Origin: Botryllus schlosseri
Taxonomy: Eukaryota
Assembly: GCA_051294905.1 (NCBI GenBank)
Contig: CM119371.1
Span: forward strand, 41,602,001-41,666,000
Length of the DNA: 64,000 nucleotides
Direction of reading: 5' to 3'
The notes beneath the pieces are model-generated. The model was not told where the DNA came from. It saw nothing but the letters and a program-made list of their open reading frames with translations, and did not search any database. Made by a program: the position numbers and the translations under genes. This document shows, one piece after another, positions 12,201-27,543 of the stretch (positions within the stretch are counted from its first letter, which is position 1; each line of letters starts with the position of its first letter).

Positions 12201-15200
12201 AGATTGTTCGCAAAACGCTGGTGTGACCCGTGAAAGCAACCAATCAATCATTCAATGATCTTGTGTTTTACAGAGCCTCCATTGTTCTCTCACAAATCAA
12301 TTGACCGCAAATGAAGTGATCGTAGCTTACAGCTTACGCTGCCGTAAACTAGTATAGTAGAGTAATTTAATAGCAAAATGTATATTTCTGTTTTTTGTTC
12401 TTACCTTAACCAAAACTCTTGTTTAATTGAAATTGAATTCGAATAAGGTATATAGTCATCAACCATTGGCACAGGCTCGAATTGTATCATATCAATTTGT
12501 AAATGGGTGATGCATTGCATCTTACCAATTCGTTTCTCTATTCTCTATTTTGGCTGGTAACTATAAACTTAGGCTATGTAATTATACCTAGTTTATCATT
12601 TATATGTATATGTGAGCGATACAGCAACTTCTTGTGTGCATATTTAACTCTATATTTGTTCATCGGTTCCGAATCAATGTCCACTGAATCTGTATTTCAG
12701 GCAACTAGCAAAATGCAATGACGCAAGCATGCCTCACTTTGAAAAGAAAACTTGACTTGAATTGTGCCTTGACTCGTGACTTGACTTGACTCGACTTGAC
12801 TCGAGTCACTGCCAAAAATCGATTGACTTGACTTGACTTGAGTCACCTTCGAAAATTGATTGACTTGACTTGATTCGAGTCAAAATCTGCAATAACTCGA
12901 AATGACTCGTGACTCGAAGGTAGTGACTTAATCCCAACACTGTCCTGTGACTATTCATAACATGACTAATCGCGATTCGGGTGCGCATAGTAAGCTAATA
13001 TTAGTAGGCTAAATAGGTCCGAAGTTCACCGTCAATGAATTTGAACATGGACCCTTTAACGTGGATATTTGGTCAGTTAGTTCGTTACGACTATTCACTG
13101 GAATGCGGCCGTAGGCTACGCAAGTAGGCCTAATCGAAATGCGGCCGTGAATACTACAAAGGATGGCCATACCTGCTTTAGTTGCTGAAGAGTGTTTTCA
13201 GGTATCGTGCTCATCGTTCAAAATATAATGAAAATGAGGATCATGATATTTTTTGTTGTGTTTGTATTTCTTCAATATACTATTATTTCTCTTTTGGTAA
13301 CTAACTATGCCCGTCAACCATGTTAGAGAGCACAGCGTTGTACTGACGACGAGTTATCAAAACGTGGTTGCCAAACTGCGTGGCCTATTTTTATCTCGAT
13401 ATTGAAGTCATGCGGCCTCTACGAATTTTGAAAAGTGGCCCGCGACCCCTGGTATAAGTAGAGTGTATGATCCATTCACTTGGCTAACATCACTTATATT
13501 TCAATCCACGCGGCAGCAAGTTTCTGAATCAACAATGACACATAGATTTATCTCAGTGAGATATAGGCCTATGAGATATGTAAGCTGACTCAAGTCACCG
13601 AGCGATATGATTTGTTTGTTTCCGTTGGTCATTCAATATTATACGTGGAAATGTGCTGATTGACATTGTTACGTATCAACTTTAGTTCAAGTATTGCAGC
13701 GTCGCATTCATGGCGACTGAGAATTCGCCTCATACAGCGACGAAGTTAAATATGCGATTGCGGTTATTATTGTTGTATATGTCGGGTTAATTATGCGTAA
13801 CTACTATGGTTTTGTGTGCACCAGACCACTTCGAAAATCCGCAACATTACATTTATCGGCGATCTAATACGAATTCATTAACAGGCCGACTTGTATGTAT
13901 AGACGCTACTACGGGCCGTATATTATCAGGTCGTCATGGTTCCGCCTTTAGCCACACACTCCACATACCCTATACTTGGAAGGCATATACTGGACACACT
14001 AGCAAGAAGTGTTCGACCATCTCTTCTACCAGCAGGTTTGGCACAGATCATCTTGGAGGCACTTTATACGATAAAGGTGAAAATTCAACCGGCAATGCTC
14101 TGATTTCATCCTCAGTATAATAAAGTATTTGAAATTCTCATTGTATGTACGCACATTTCTAATTCCAGTAGAATATTATGACAGTTTCCATGTGACAGAA
14201 TATACGTAATATCCGCCCCAGTAGGTGCATTTGTCCGGTTACACGAGTGATGTTGGACACGTTGCAATCATGGTTTGCATGCACCGGTGGTAGTGGAATA
14301 ACATTGTCAGAGATAGTTTTATACAACAGCACCGGTGATAATTGTTACGTCTATATCGCCATATCCATCTCTGTGCCACTTACGGCGGAGATAATAAAGT
14401 TGGATTAGCAATAAAGTCGATTATCGCGTTCGTCAAGATTTATCAACCCAGGATTAAGGAAACCGGTTGATCGCAGCTCATAAAGTTGGTGTAACTGCGT
14501 ACACTGCGTACCATTCCTACGCACGAATATTTCCGATAATGACCGTGCCGACTCTCTTCTAAGTAATGGCTTCACTAACAATCTACGAATTATGTACCTG
14601 CAATTGCAGAGCGATATCAATATTCTATAATCCGTTTCTTAGCCGAACCGAACGAACTGGACTTTCATTTCCCCATGATGGTAATTCTAGCTATTGCAGT
14701 GGCGGTATCGTTATAAGCATCAGGCTGGTGTTTCATTCAACAAATTGCCTGTAACGCATTTTCGCATTATGATGCAACAGATAACGCTACTTGATTGAAA
14801 ACTCGGACACCTCGACTAACCATCGCGCAACCCTTTCCAACTTTATGCACCTCGATTAGCAGTATTTAGTCACGCGATTGGCATTCTTCCGGATCAGCTA
14901 ACTTTATTATCTTCGCCTAAAATGTGTCCCGATTAGCAGTTTTTATTCACATGATTAGCATTCTCCCTGATCAGCTAACTTTATTATATCCGCCCTAAGT
15001 ATGCAAATGAATTGTTCTTATCCAGTTTTCGATCTAACCAGGGATATCTATAAATCTCTGGATCCAATCGGCGTTTTTTGTGCGAATCTATTGCAGAGGA
15101 TTAGTGGTATCACTGATTTTCGGTTAGATGCCACTACGATTCCTACATATATTGTCACGACGCCATATTGATCGGCGCACCATATGTTTTGGGGATCGTC

Positions 15201-18200
15201 CGAACCTACGATCCGAGACTGCAGTAACATAAATCGACAACTGTAAAGCTTCGTCTCAACAACATTATATGCTGGTCTTGTTGCATTGAACTACTTCGAA
15301 AGACATAATATTTTAGCAATAATTTCACAATAGGGTTACCATACGTCCTCCTTTCCTGATTCCAAAATCTGGTAACCCTGCTTCAGATCATCTTCGTCTA
15401 AATCAGGGGTCGCCAACTCAAAACGGCTCGCGGGCAACTTTTCAAATTTTGTAGAGGTAGCGCCGCATGAATTCGATATCTAGATAAAATTTGCTCGTTA
15501 TCAGACATTTTTTTGGACATGGGATGTGATGCGATGCGTTGAAGTTGAATTATAATCTAGCGAAGTTGTACGACCTCATTAGCGAAGTGGTGAGATAGCG
15601 AGGCTGCAACGTCAATGGGTACGTGTTCGAGTCCGACCGAGGTCGACTTCAGAATACCTACCTAACTGTTGGAGGGTTATCTAGGCTCCTCCTCGCCTCC
15701 TCATCCGCGTATAAGTGGAGTCTTATAAAAAGCCTACGAGTAGGCCGTGCTATAAGTCGGCCGTTACGGAAATAAAATGAAGAACATCAGCCTGTTTTAA
15801 ATGACATGTCGACGAATACCACAAAACAATCAAAAACAAACTTCGAAGGTCATGAAATTTTAGCAATCATTTCGCCATTGTTTCGAATCATGACGGCAAA
15901 TGAGTATCTTTTCAATTAACCGTCACGTTCCCATGACTATGTGATTAAGAATGAAATTAAAATACGCTGGAAAATATAGCAAATATTTTTCACTCGGCCC
16001 GCCACCGTATTTCTACATCTCATTTGGCCCCCGGAGGGGGATAATTGCCCACCCGTGGTCTCGGCGATTGCAACGGTGTGGTGTTCATGGTTGTTAAACT
16101 CCGCCAAACTAAAAATATAATGTAATGCTCCTGCGCAGTCAGCAAAATAACAAAAGTATTTGCTAGAAGCAATACTGCTGGTGGAATAGGCATTCCTTTC
16201 CATTCCATATTTAGCCTCAAAATACTGTGCTGAGAAACTTTCTTATACCTTGACTAAATTATGGTTTCTAACTCGAAGGAAGTCTGATAACCGACCAGCT
16301 GCACAAATCTTCTGGTTGACATCAGACCATACACTAGCTACAGTTTTGGCTGATACATATTGCGAGCCTACTAAAGCGCAACTTAACTTACAAATGCGAT
16401 GCAATATAATGTTGCATCTTCATCCATCAGTAACATTGCAATGTGTTAGTCAGGCGGTTTATCGGCCGCGTTTTAAATAGCCAGTTGATCGTTATTCATT
16501 TGCTATCTAGCAAACATTCCGCACTCCTATAAATTATAGGACTTGACATTTTGCTCTCGTGGCTTGCGATATCAACCAATCACGCGTAGCTCATCTCATA
16601 ATTATGCAACGTCTCGCGTCAATGCTGTATTTCATCCAAAATTTTACAAAATCTTTAATCAACAAATCAATTTATTTCGCCCGATAGAAATGAATTTGTA
16701 TCAATAGTAACGAGAAACGTGTTTATTATTTTCGGTGTTGGTTGTGACCCTGATTTCGACGCCGGTATGTACTCTATAAATAATTTCTGCATACTGAGTT
16801 AGGATGCGTTTAACAAATATCATACAAATTGTTTTTGTGGTGGAAATGACTTTCAGTAGTTTGGTTTTTTATGATTACGATTACTTTAGAATATCCCAAT
16901 GATAATGTATGATCACTACTATGAACAACAATACAATCACATTTTGTAGATTTAAGTGTAGCGCATATTTCGATTTTATTAATGTTAAGAGGTTTCTGTA
17001 TTACTCAAGTATAGTTGAATAGGAGGTGGCTAGCAAACATATTCCAATTTATTTTTTGTAATGATCAAAGTGTGTGTGAAATGGTGTGAACGGATTAAGC
17101 ATTAATCAAGCGGCGGTATGTCAATTCACCTATAGTGTGATATCTTGACACCGGATAATGCGCGAAAGTGTTTCAATTCTCAACCGCAGATTACGACAAT
17201 AAAGTATTGTACCGGTTATTGTTCAACAAAGGAAATTGTTGTTTTATCTTAAGTCTTGGTTACTGGAGAAAATAACATTTGTAAATTATTTCCTCATTTC
17301 CACAATACGCTGCGTGGTTTTTACGAACACGGCGTAATCTTCCCAATCAAAACATTTCAGACATGTTAATCTAGTTTTACAAATCGATATGTTAATAACA
17401 ATGTTTCTGAAAAGTTTGTTGGTATCGTACTAACCTTCAACACAACCCTGGTCTAATAATGTCATAATTTAATAATCAAGTCATGATCGACTATCACAAA
17501 ATCTCATATGTCAAAATCAATGTGTCAATTCATATGTTTACATCGTGAAAATTTTCAATATAACACCTCCGTTCGATTGTAAGAAATGAATTCTCAATTA
17601 CGTTGGTCAGACATTCAAATCTCGTATACTCAAATGCAATGTGTTAATCTCAAACCGCACACCGAGTGGTATTTACTTTGGTTTATAAAATATACCGAGT
17701 AGTAATTACTTTATCTTACGGAATAGTATCGACTTTTACAGTTGAACAAAATAGACGATTTGGCGGTACATGACTACAACCGGACTTGCTATGGATTTCA
17801 GACTGTAGCGATTGTATGTACTCGCGTAATCTTGTCTTCTTTCTGTACGGGTACTGTCTAGTTAGTTGGCTAAGTTACAAACGGATTTAATTGACAAGGT
17901 TTTCATGATTGACTCTTTTGGTAAGATGTTAAAATTTCGAGGTGTAATACTATTTCCATTAACTCGATTGTGACAAAAAATACCCAGCTAACTTGTTCAA
18001 GGCTTCTTTTGTTTCAAATCAACATGTGAATAATCAGTTATTGTGACAAGTTGAAATATCGTACCGAAGTTGCGAGTGGGAACAGTACGCGATTGTGTAA
18101 GTGTAAAGACAGCGAGATGGTGATCGTGTGAATAAATAAATCTGAAACGCAGTGGAGTGAAAGTTTACCAAACCTGTCTGGCAATCCTACTTCAAATCGC

Positions 18201-21200
18201 GATATGACAGAGTAGCTTGAAATATTCCGATTCAACTCATCGCATTGCAACTCGATCGCGTTATGTGCAAGCGGTTGTCAAGTTGGAAATGTTTTCAACA
18301 ACGGGCAATATTTCATTAATTGACTCTATTTTGTGTAGTAACACATTAAAATATCGCGATAGTATTTACTGAAACTGACAAACGGAAAATCAACTCGCGA
18401 ATACAGTTGTAAGTTTTCGTCACTTGTTTCAAATTAATGTGCGTATAATTTCGAAATATGGGTGGGTTGAAAGTTGGTAGTCATGTTTGTCAATCCTATT
18501 TCAATTCACACTATGTCAAGTCAAAATATTTCATTTTTGATTATCTCAGTTACCTGTAGTACATCTGACGAACGGATTTAAAGTTGGTAAATTACCAAAA
18601 TGATTGAATATTATCGGGTTAGAGATAGTTAATATTGATTCTATAAGTGTTAAAACGGCGTGGAATGTGTGAATGATCCGGAAACGGAGTTGAAAGTTGG
18701 TCAAGTCAAGTAATATTCAGTTTCAAAAGGATTATACTCTTAAAAATATTGGAGTTCAAGTCGTTGCCGTTGTGGATCTGTTATTCCTTACCCTTGTGAG
18801 CGATCGTGGGATTTTATAATTATTTCACACCTATTTGAGTATGCGGTAACCTCGCAAAGGATTAGGGTTAGGCCGGAAATAAGTGGCAATTTGTTGCTAT
18901 TCAAGTTACCGACACTGGCGGTTCTGTTAGTCGTTACTTATTAAATCTTGCCAGCGAAATAAAGTTCTGTGACAAACTGATTACTAAAATTCCACCGCGT
19001 GAGCGATCGGTATGGCTATGACATCAAGTCGTGAAAGATGACTATGTCTGAGGTGTTATCTTGTGGGCGATCGTAGGATTTTACAAATATTTCACACCTT
19101 TTTGAAGTGTTAGTATGTGAACGCGGCTATTGTTGGTATTTGAATCGCTGTCTACGCCGGCTCTGTGGCAAACTAATTACCAAAACATTACCATGCGAGT
19201 GATTCCTAGATTTAGCAAACTATTTCACACCCTTTTTTCTGAAAGTACGACATGCCGCTCGTAAGTCTATATACCCGAAATTACGAATCATCGCCGCGTC
19301 CATAAGAATAACGATATATCATTGTCGTACTCACCGTAATTTGAAATATACACATTAATTAAGGACCAATCACGTGACTATTTACTTGATACATATTCAA
19401 CACGAAGTACGACATACCAACAACGAAGCCGCGTGCGACCGATCCCTATACTGAAAAGGGTTACCGTACCACCGCACCCATAAGACGCAATAGTCGCTTG
19501 CCACCTCCGCCATAAGACATAAGAGCCGCTTGCCACCCCCGCCATAAGACATAAGAGCCGCTTGCCACCCCGCCATAAGACATAAGAGACGCATGCCACC
19601 CCCGGTTTCCCAGCCGCATGCGACCACCGCCATAAGACATAAGAGCCGCTTGTCACCCCCGCCATAAGACGCAATAGCCGCATGCCACCCCCGCCATAAG
19701 ACATAAGAGCCGCATGCCACCCCCGGTTTCCCAGCCGCATGCCACCGCACCCATAAGAGCCCATTACGAATCGCCAACGATCTACTATACTACTATTGTT
19801 TGCTTGTATAATTAAAAAGTCTTTTATAATTGAAAAGTCTTGAGTACTCAGATTGCGGAGGATCTATTACACCTTCATTACTGGATCATTTTGTGCAATG
19901 CATTGCTAATATGTACCATTGTCTGTTGTTTTTGCAGCGGCATGTCTGATATCAATCGAGTGCATCGGAAGCAGTGGTGACAAAAAGCGATGGCGACAGA
20001 GTTCGTCAGATGCGTTGATCTAGCCATTACGATTTGCAAATTTCTTCATCTTCAAGTCATATATAATAAGTCAAGTCAATGACTTGGGTCGAATCATGCG
20101 CAATGACTCGAGTCCAAGTCGAGTCATTCCAAATATTGACTCGAGTCGAGTCGAGTGATTTTCCCATTTCAAGAAAATGACTCGAGTCAAGTCGAGTCAC
20201 AAAGAAATCGTGACTCGAGTCAGACTCGAGTCGAGTCATGACTCGAGTCATTACAACCCTGATAATACCCAGATTAGAGTGGCAATACTCAGTGATTGCT
20301 TGAGCGCATTAACATGTATAGCAAATTTCAATATCGCAGCCCCTCTCCTTATTACCGAGATAGTCGAGAAGATACCAATTGAAACAATGCGAGGTCACAA
20401 TATCACTTGTATGTGGATTCCAGCACACTGCGGTATTCAGCACAATGCAATCGCCGACCTATTTGCAAGACGCGCTACAGCATCAGAAACACCGCCCCGT
20501 CAACAGTTGGACTTCGTCTCCGCAGGGATGCGTACTCGCTCCTGGGGTCAACTGTAGAGGACAAGCGACGCCGGAAGTAAGTACAAGCTCATCAAAGACA
20601 CGATTTACAAGAGGTTACCAAGTTTAGCATCGAGAAAAGGGCAAATCATTCTGTTTCGGTTGAGATCAGGCCATTGTCGGCTCAACTACCACCTGCATAA
20701 GATTGGATGCAATGATTCTCCTCTATGTGAACAATGTTCGTTGCCCGAAACCGTCGATCATTATCTAATAAACTGTTTGAAGTATGTACGGCAACGTGCA
20801 AATCTGAAACGCTATATTAATAATGACAGTCTTTTTTAATATAGTAGACCTATTAATAGGGCTGGGCACAATGATTCGAGTACTCGAATCTGAATCGAGT
20901 AATAATTTTAATGATTCGAGTCGAGTAGTAAAAGACGATTTTTTCGAGTACTGAAATTATACGCTCCCCACCACTGAAAGTTGATTTATCAACGAGAAGT
21001 TTATCAACGATCAGCGAGTTTATGCTAATTTCACTGTTGAAGCCTTGAAACCTTGATTGGCCGTATTGTAGCATACGGAACATGAAGTACAAAGCTTCGA
21101 ACGTTACTGAAATAGCACATTTCCGAATTCATGATCATCCCACAATCACCAAGTGCAATGAAATCGGTATGGTCGAAAAAAATAACAAAGTATCCTTAAT

Positions 21201-24200
21201 GTGATGGATAACAGGCATTATATTCTTTGTGGTCGCTTAAAAGGTACTTATTCGAACTTTGACAAATAATATTCTGCTATGGCGTCATAATGAGTGATAC
21301 TCGATTACTCGACTCGACTCAAAGCATTCTACGTGATTCAGAATCGAATCACTCAGGTACTCGATTTTGCCCAGCCCTGCATGCCTATTAACTAGTGAAT
21401 GCATGTTAGATCATGTCATTCAATATGTCAAGGAAACAAGGCGCGGTATTCAAATTTTTATATGTATGAATTTGTAATGGTTATATCTCTGAATTTGATG
21501 TGTGCCAACAGATCACTGAAATATGCCTACGTATGCCTCTGTCGACGATTTATTTTTCCATCGTTCTAATATTTCTTGCGTGATAAGTTTGTTCATTTCT
21601 CATATGCATGCTATGGTGTGACGCAAAAGGCTTTAATGTGAAAGGCGTCACTATCTTTTCATCGTTTTTACCAATAATAATAATAATAATAATCGATGTC
21701 GATAAAATCACTGTGTCTTGCATATGGTCAGATTGTTCGCAAAACGCTGGTGTGACCCGTGAAAGCAACCAATCAATCATTCAATGATCTTGTGTTTTAC
21801 AGAGCCTCCATTGTTCTCTCACAAATCAATTGACCGCAAATGAAGTGATCGTAGCTTACAGCTTACGCTGCCGTAAACTAGTATAGTAGAGTAATTTAAT
21901 AGCAAAATGTATATTTCTGTTTTTTGTTCTTACCTTAACCAAAACTCTTGTTTAATTGAAATTGAATTCGAATAAGGTATATAGTCATCAACCATTGGCA
22001 CAGGCTCGAATTGTATCATATCAATTTGTAAATGGGTGATGCATTGCATCTTACCAATTCGTTTCTCTATTCTCTATTTTGGCTGGTAACTATAAACTTA
22101 GGCTATGTAATTATACCTAGTTTATCATTTATATGTATATGTGAGCGATACAGCAACTTCTTGTGTGCATATTTAACTCTATATTTGTTCATCGGTTCCG
22201 AATCAATGTCCACTGAATCTGTATTTCAGGCAACTAGCAAAATGCAATGACGCAAGCATGCCTCACTTTGAAAAGAAAACTTGACTTGAATTGTGCCTTG
22301 ACTCGTGACTTGACTTGACTCGACTTGACTCGAGTCACTGCCAAAAATCGATTGACTTGACTTGACTTGAGTCACCTTCGAAAATTGATTGACTTGACTT
22401 GATTCGAGTCAAAATCTGCAATAACTCGAAATGACTCGTGACTCGAAGGTAGTGACTTAATCCCAACACTGTCCTGTGACTATTCATAACATGACTAATC
22501 GCGATTCGGGTGCGCATAGTAAGCTAATATTAGTAGGCTAAATAGGTCCGAAGTTCACCGTCAATGAATTTGAACATGGACCCTTTAACGTGGATATTTG
22601 GTCAGTTAGTTCGTTACGACTATTCACTGGAATGCGGCCGTAGGCTACGCAAGTAGGCCTAATCGAAATGCGGCCGTGAATACTACAAAGGATGGCCATA
22701 CCTGCTTTAGTTGCTGAAGAGTGTTTTCAGGTATCGTGCTCATCGTTCAAAATATAATGAAAATGAGGATCATGATATTTTTTGTTGTGTTTGTATTTCT
22801 TCAATATACTATTATTTCTCTTTTGGTAACTAACTATGCCCGTCAACCATGTTAGAGAGCACAGCGTTGTACTGACGACGAGTTATCAAAACGTGGTTGC
22901 CAAACTGCGTGGCCTATTTTTATCTCGATATTGAAGTCATGCGGCCTCTACGAATTTTGAAAAGTGGCCCGCGACCCCTGGTATAAGTAGAGTGTATGAT
23001 CCATTCACTTGGCTAACATCACTTATATTTCAATCCACGCGGCAGCAAGTTTCTGAATCAACAATGACACATAGATTTATCTCAGTGAGATATAGGCCTA
23101 TGAGATATGTAAGCTGACTCAAGTCACCGAGCGATATGATTTGTTTGTTTCCGTTGGTCATTCAATATTATACGTGGAAATGTGCTGATTGACATTGTTA
23201 CGTATCAACTTTAGTTCAAGTATTGCAGCGTCGCATTCATGGCGACTGAGAATTCGCCTCATACAGCGACGAAGTTAAATATGCGATTGCGGTTATTATT
23301 GTTGTATATGTCGGGTTAATTATGCGTAACTACTATGGTTTTGTGTGCACCAGACCACTTCGAAAATCCGCAACATTACATTTATCGGCGATCTAATACG
23401 AATTCATTAACAGGCCGACTTGTATGTATAGACGCTACTACGGGCCGTATATTATCAGGTCGTCATGGTTCCGCCTTTAGCCACACACTCCACATACCCT
23501 ATACTTGGAAGGCATATACTGGACACACTAGCAAGAAGTGTTCGACCATCTCTTCTACCAGCAGGTTTGGCACAGATCATCTTGGAGGCACTTTATACGA
23601 TAAAGGTGAAAATTCAACCGGCAATGCTCTGATTTCATCCTCAGTATAATAAAGTATTTGAAATTCTCATTGTATGTACGCACATTTCTAATTCCAGTAG
23701 AATATTATGACAGTTTCCATGTGACAGAATATACGTAATATCCGCCCCAGTAGGTGCATTTGTCCGGTTACACGAGTGATGTTGGACACGTTGCAATCAT
23801 GGTTTGCATGCACCGGTGGTAGTGGAATAACATTGTCAGAGATAGTTTTATACAACAGCACCGGTGATAATTGTTACGTCTATATCGCCATATCCATCTC
23901 TGTGCCACTTACGGCGGAGATAATAAAGTTGGATTAGCAATAAAGTCGATTATCGCGTTCGTCAAGATTTATCAACCCAGGATTAAGGAAACCGGTTGAT
24001 CGCAGCTCATAAAGTTGGTGTAACTGCGTACACTGCGTACCATTCCTACGCACGAATATTTCCGATAATGACCGTGCCGACTCTCTTCTAAGTAATGGCT
24101 TCACTAACAATCTACGAATTATGTACCTGCAATTGCAGAGCGATATCAATATTCTATAATCCGTTTCTTAGCCGAACCGAACGAACTGGACTTTCATTTC

Positions 24201-26570
24201 CCCATGATGGTAATTCTAGCTATTGCAGTGGCGGTATCGTTATAAGCATCAGGCTGGTGTTTCATTCAACAAATTGCCTGTAACGCATTTTCGCATTATG
24301 ATGCAACAGATAACGCTACTTGATTGAAAACTCGGACACCTCGACTAACCATCGCGCAACCCTTTCCAACTTTATGCACCTCGATTAGCAGTATTTAGTC
24401 ACGCGATTGGCATTCTTCCGGATCAGCTAACTTTATTATCTTCGCCTAAAATGTGTCCCGATTAGCAGTTTTTATTCACATGATTAGCATTCTCCCTGAT
24501 CAGCTAACTTTATTATATCCGCCCTAAGTATGCAAATGAATTGTTCTTATCCAGTTTTCGATCTAACCAGGGATATCTATAAATCTCTGGATCCAATCGG
24601 CGTTTTTTGTGCGAATCTATTGCAGAGGATTAGTGGTATCACTGATTTTCGGTTAGATGCCACTACGATTCCTACATATATTGTCACGACGCCATATTGA
24701 TCGGCGCACCATATGTTTTGGGGATCGTCCGAACCTACGATCCGAGACTGCAGTAACATAAATCGACAACTGTAAAGCTTCGTCTCAACAACATTATATG
24801 CTGGTCTTGTTGCATTGAACTACTTCGAAAGACATAATATTTTAGCAATAATTTCACAATAGGGTTACCATACGTCCTCCTTTCCTGATTCCAAAATCTG
24901 GTAACCCTGCTTCAGATCATCTTCGTCTAAATCAGGGGTCGCCAACTCAAAACGGCTCGCGGGCAACTTTTCAAATTTTGTAGAGGTGGCGCCGCATGAA
25001 TTCGATATCTAGATAAAATTTGCTCGTTATCAGACATTTTTTTGGACATGGGATGTGATGCGATGCGTTGAAGTTGAATTATAATCTAGCGAAGTTGTAC
25101 GACCTCATTAGCGAAGTGGTGAGATAGCGAGGCTGCAACGTCAATGGGTACGTGTTCGAGTCCGACCGAGGTCGACTTCAGAATACCTACCTAACTGTTG
25201 GAGGGTTATCTAGGCTCCTCCTCGCCTCCTCATCCGCGTATAAGTGGAGTCTTATAAAAAGCCTACGAGTAGGCCGTGCTATAAGTCGGCCGTTACGGAA
25301 ATAAAATGAAGAACATCAGCCTGTTTTAAATGACATGTCGACGAATACCACAAAACAATCAAAAACAAACTTCGAAGGTCATGAAATTTTAGCAATCATT
25401 TCGCCATTGTTTCGAATCATGACGGCAAATGAGTATCTTTTCAATTAACCGTCACGTTCCCATGACTATGTGATTAAGAATGAAATTAAAATACGCTGGA
25501 AAATATAGCAAATATTTTTCACTCGGCCCGCCACCGTATTTCTACATCTCATTTGGCCCCCGGAGGGGGATAATTGCCCACCCGTGGTCTCGGCGATTGC
25601 AACGGTGTGGTGTTCATGGTTGTTAAACTCCGCCAAACTAAAAATATAATGTAATGCTCCTGCGCAGTCAGCAAAATAACAAAAGTATTTGCTAGAAGCA
25701 ATACTGCTGGTGGAATAGGCATTCCTTTCCATTCCATATTTTGCCTCAAAATACTGTGCTGAGAAACTTTCTTATACCTTGACTAAATTATGGTTTCTAA
25801 CTCGAAGGAAGTCTGATAACCGACCAGCTGCACAAATCTTCTGGTTGACATCAGACCATACACTAGCTACAGTTTTGGCTGATACATATTGCGAGCCTAC
25901 TAAAGCGCAACTTAACTTACAAATGCGATGCAATATAATGTTGCATCTTCATCCATCAGTAACATTGCAATGTGTTAGTCAGGCGGTTTATCGGCCGCGT
26001 TTTAAATAGCCAGTTGATCGTTATTCATTTGCTATCTAGCAAACATTCCGCACTCCTATAAATTATAGGACTTGACATTTTGCTCTCGTGGCTTGCGATA
26101 TCAACCAATCACGCGTAGCTCATCTCATAATTATGCAACGTCTCGCGTCAATGCTGTATTTCATCCAAAATTTTACAAAATCTTTAATCAATGGGTCGAA
26201 TGAGTAAAAATGTTGCGGTATGTATGGATTTCTTGAATCTTCAAAAGAATTATTGCAACGATCACGACAACTTGTCCAATTTAATTTCATATCACGATAT
26301 TAGCTTGTTACGTCAAAATATGTCCATTGCCCAACTATAGAGCCAACGATATCTCGCTGCCACGATTTTCATTCTAACTATATCCCTACAGCCCATGTTA
26401 ACATGGTGTACAAGAGGATGGCTATGGCGGCAATTCAAGTATTTAGTTTGTTTTTGGTTTGTTTTTATTGAACGATTTTTGGAGCTTATCGCCGATAAGG
26501 TCATTTGGGCCCGATCACGAATATTGTCCTTTGCTTGATCTTTTTACGTTGTCTCATTCGCGTCTTTCAC

Positions 26571-26592
26571 TCTCTCTCTCTCTCTCTCTCTC
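26571..26592. repeat. (TC)11 microsatellite
   Basis: Directly visible. Confidence 0.95.
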
Positions 26593-27141
26593 GCACGCGT
26601 CCCCGTCAGAGTCTGTTGCCTCCGATTTTCGAACGCAGTCAAAATCAGCAAAGACCAATAGCGACTTTGCCCTCAATTACTGCTGCAGGCGGATCGACAT
26701 TCACAAAGTCATCAAAGATATCTGGCCGTGTCAGTGTCGTGATATCCCGAGTGTCTACACCACCTTTGAGTACACGCTGGTGAAACAACGATTTCTAGCC
26801 TACCCGTCTCTAAATGAGAATAAGATATACTGAACTTAAAATTCTGCCATACTGAAAGATGTTTCTCGTAGTTGAACACGTTTATGATTATTGCCTGTAA
26901 TCCACTTTATACAGATACCGCAATTTGCCCTTATTCATAATTGCTCGGCAATGATTTATGACAGCATCCGATAATTTTTTGTTGCACAGATGTGGAAATC
27001 GCCATGTTTTATTTGACGAGTAACAAATACCCAGTCTTTGTCCGGTGCACAATTGCATAATGTACAACGTACATTAGGGGTGTTCAAAAAGGACTTTTCC
27101 TCTCAAATTGTATTGGCTATTGAATTGTTAGGTTACCTAAT

Positions 27142-27543
27142 TGTTTTGACGAGTCATGTTTTTAGTTGATCAGTTTGGATGTTTTAGTGAATCAGTTTAA
27201 TTCAACTGTCCTTTAATTTGCATTCCGTTATTTTCTTTGAAAAGTCCTAATTGTTCTGTTTGGTTGATGATTGGTTCTCGTTTACCTTCATATTGCTCTG
27301 TTGCTGTTATTTCTTTCCTCCATTCAACTGTAATCGGACGAGCAAGCAATCTTGCGAATCTCGCCATTTAACGTATCTGTATTCTGAACAAGCTATTCCG
27401 CATTCTACGTTTTGGACTGCTTCTATTTGGGAACAGAAGAGATTTGAGATACGCAACGCTTGCTTAGTATTCCTTGCCATATATAGTGTGCAGCAGACAC
27501 CTGATAAAGCGCCACTCATTGACTTCAGTGCCGCGTCGGAACA
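27142..27543 (+). repeat. 5' LTR (TG...ACA)
   Basis: Starts TGTTTTGACGAGTCATG and ends GCGTCGGAACA. It aligns with 29657-30087. Confidence 0.8.

Larger units (their letters stand above)
1..26191. repeat. Head-to-tail tandem array of a ~9.56-kb unit (copies 1-9559, 9560-19120, 19121-26191 partial); the array starts upstream of the window
   Basis: Position 1 ACGCGGCTATTG recurs at 9560 and 19121. The ORF track repeats with offsets 9561 and 9529. Identity ends at 26191, equivalent to unit position 7101. I saw only a few substitutions, one 2-bp indel and one 32-bp indel between copies. Confidence 0.98.

Noticed and set aside
1-26191. rDNA, histone, 5S or snRNA gene array
   Set aside because: No 18S/28S/5S, histone or U-snRNA signature sequence is visible in the unit.
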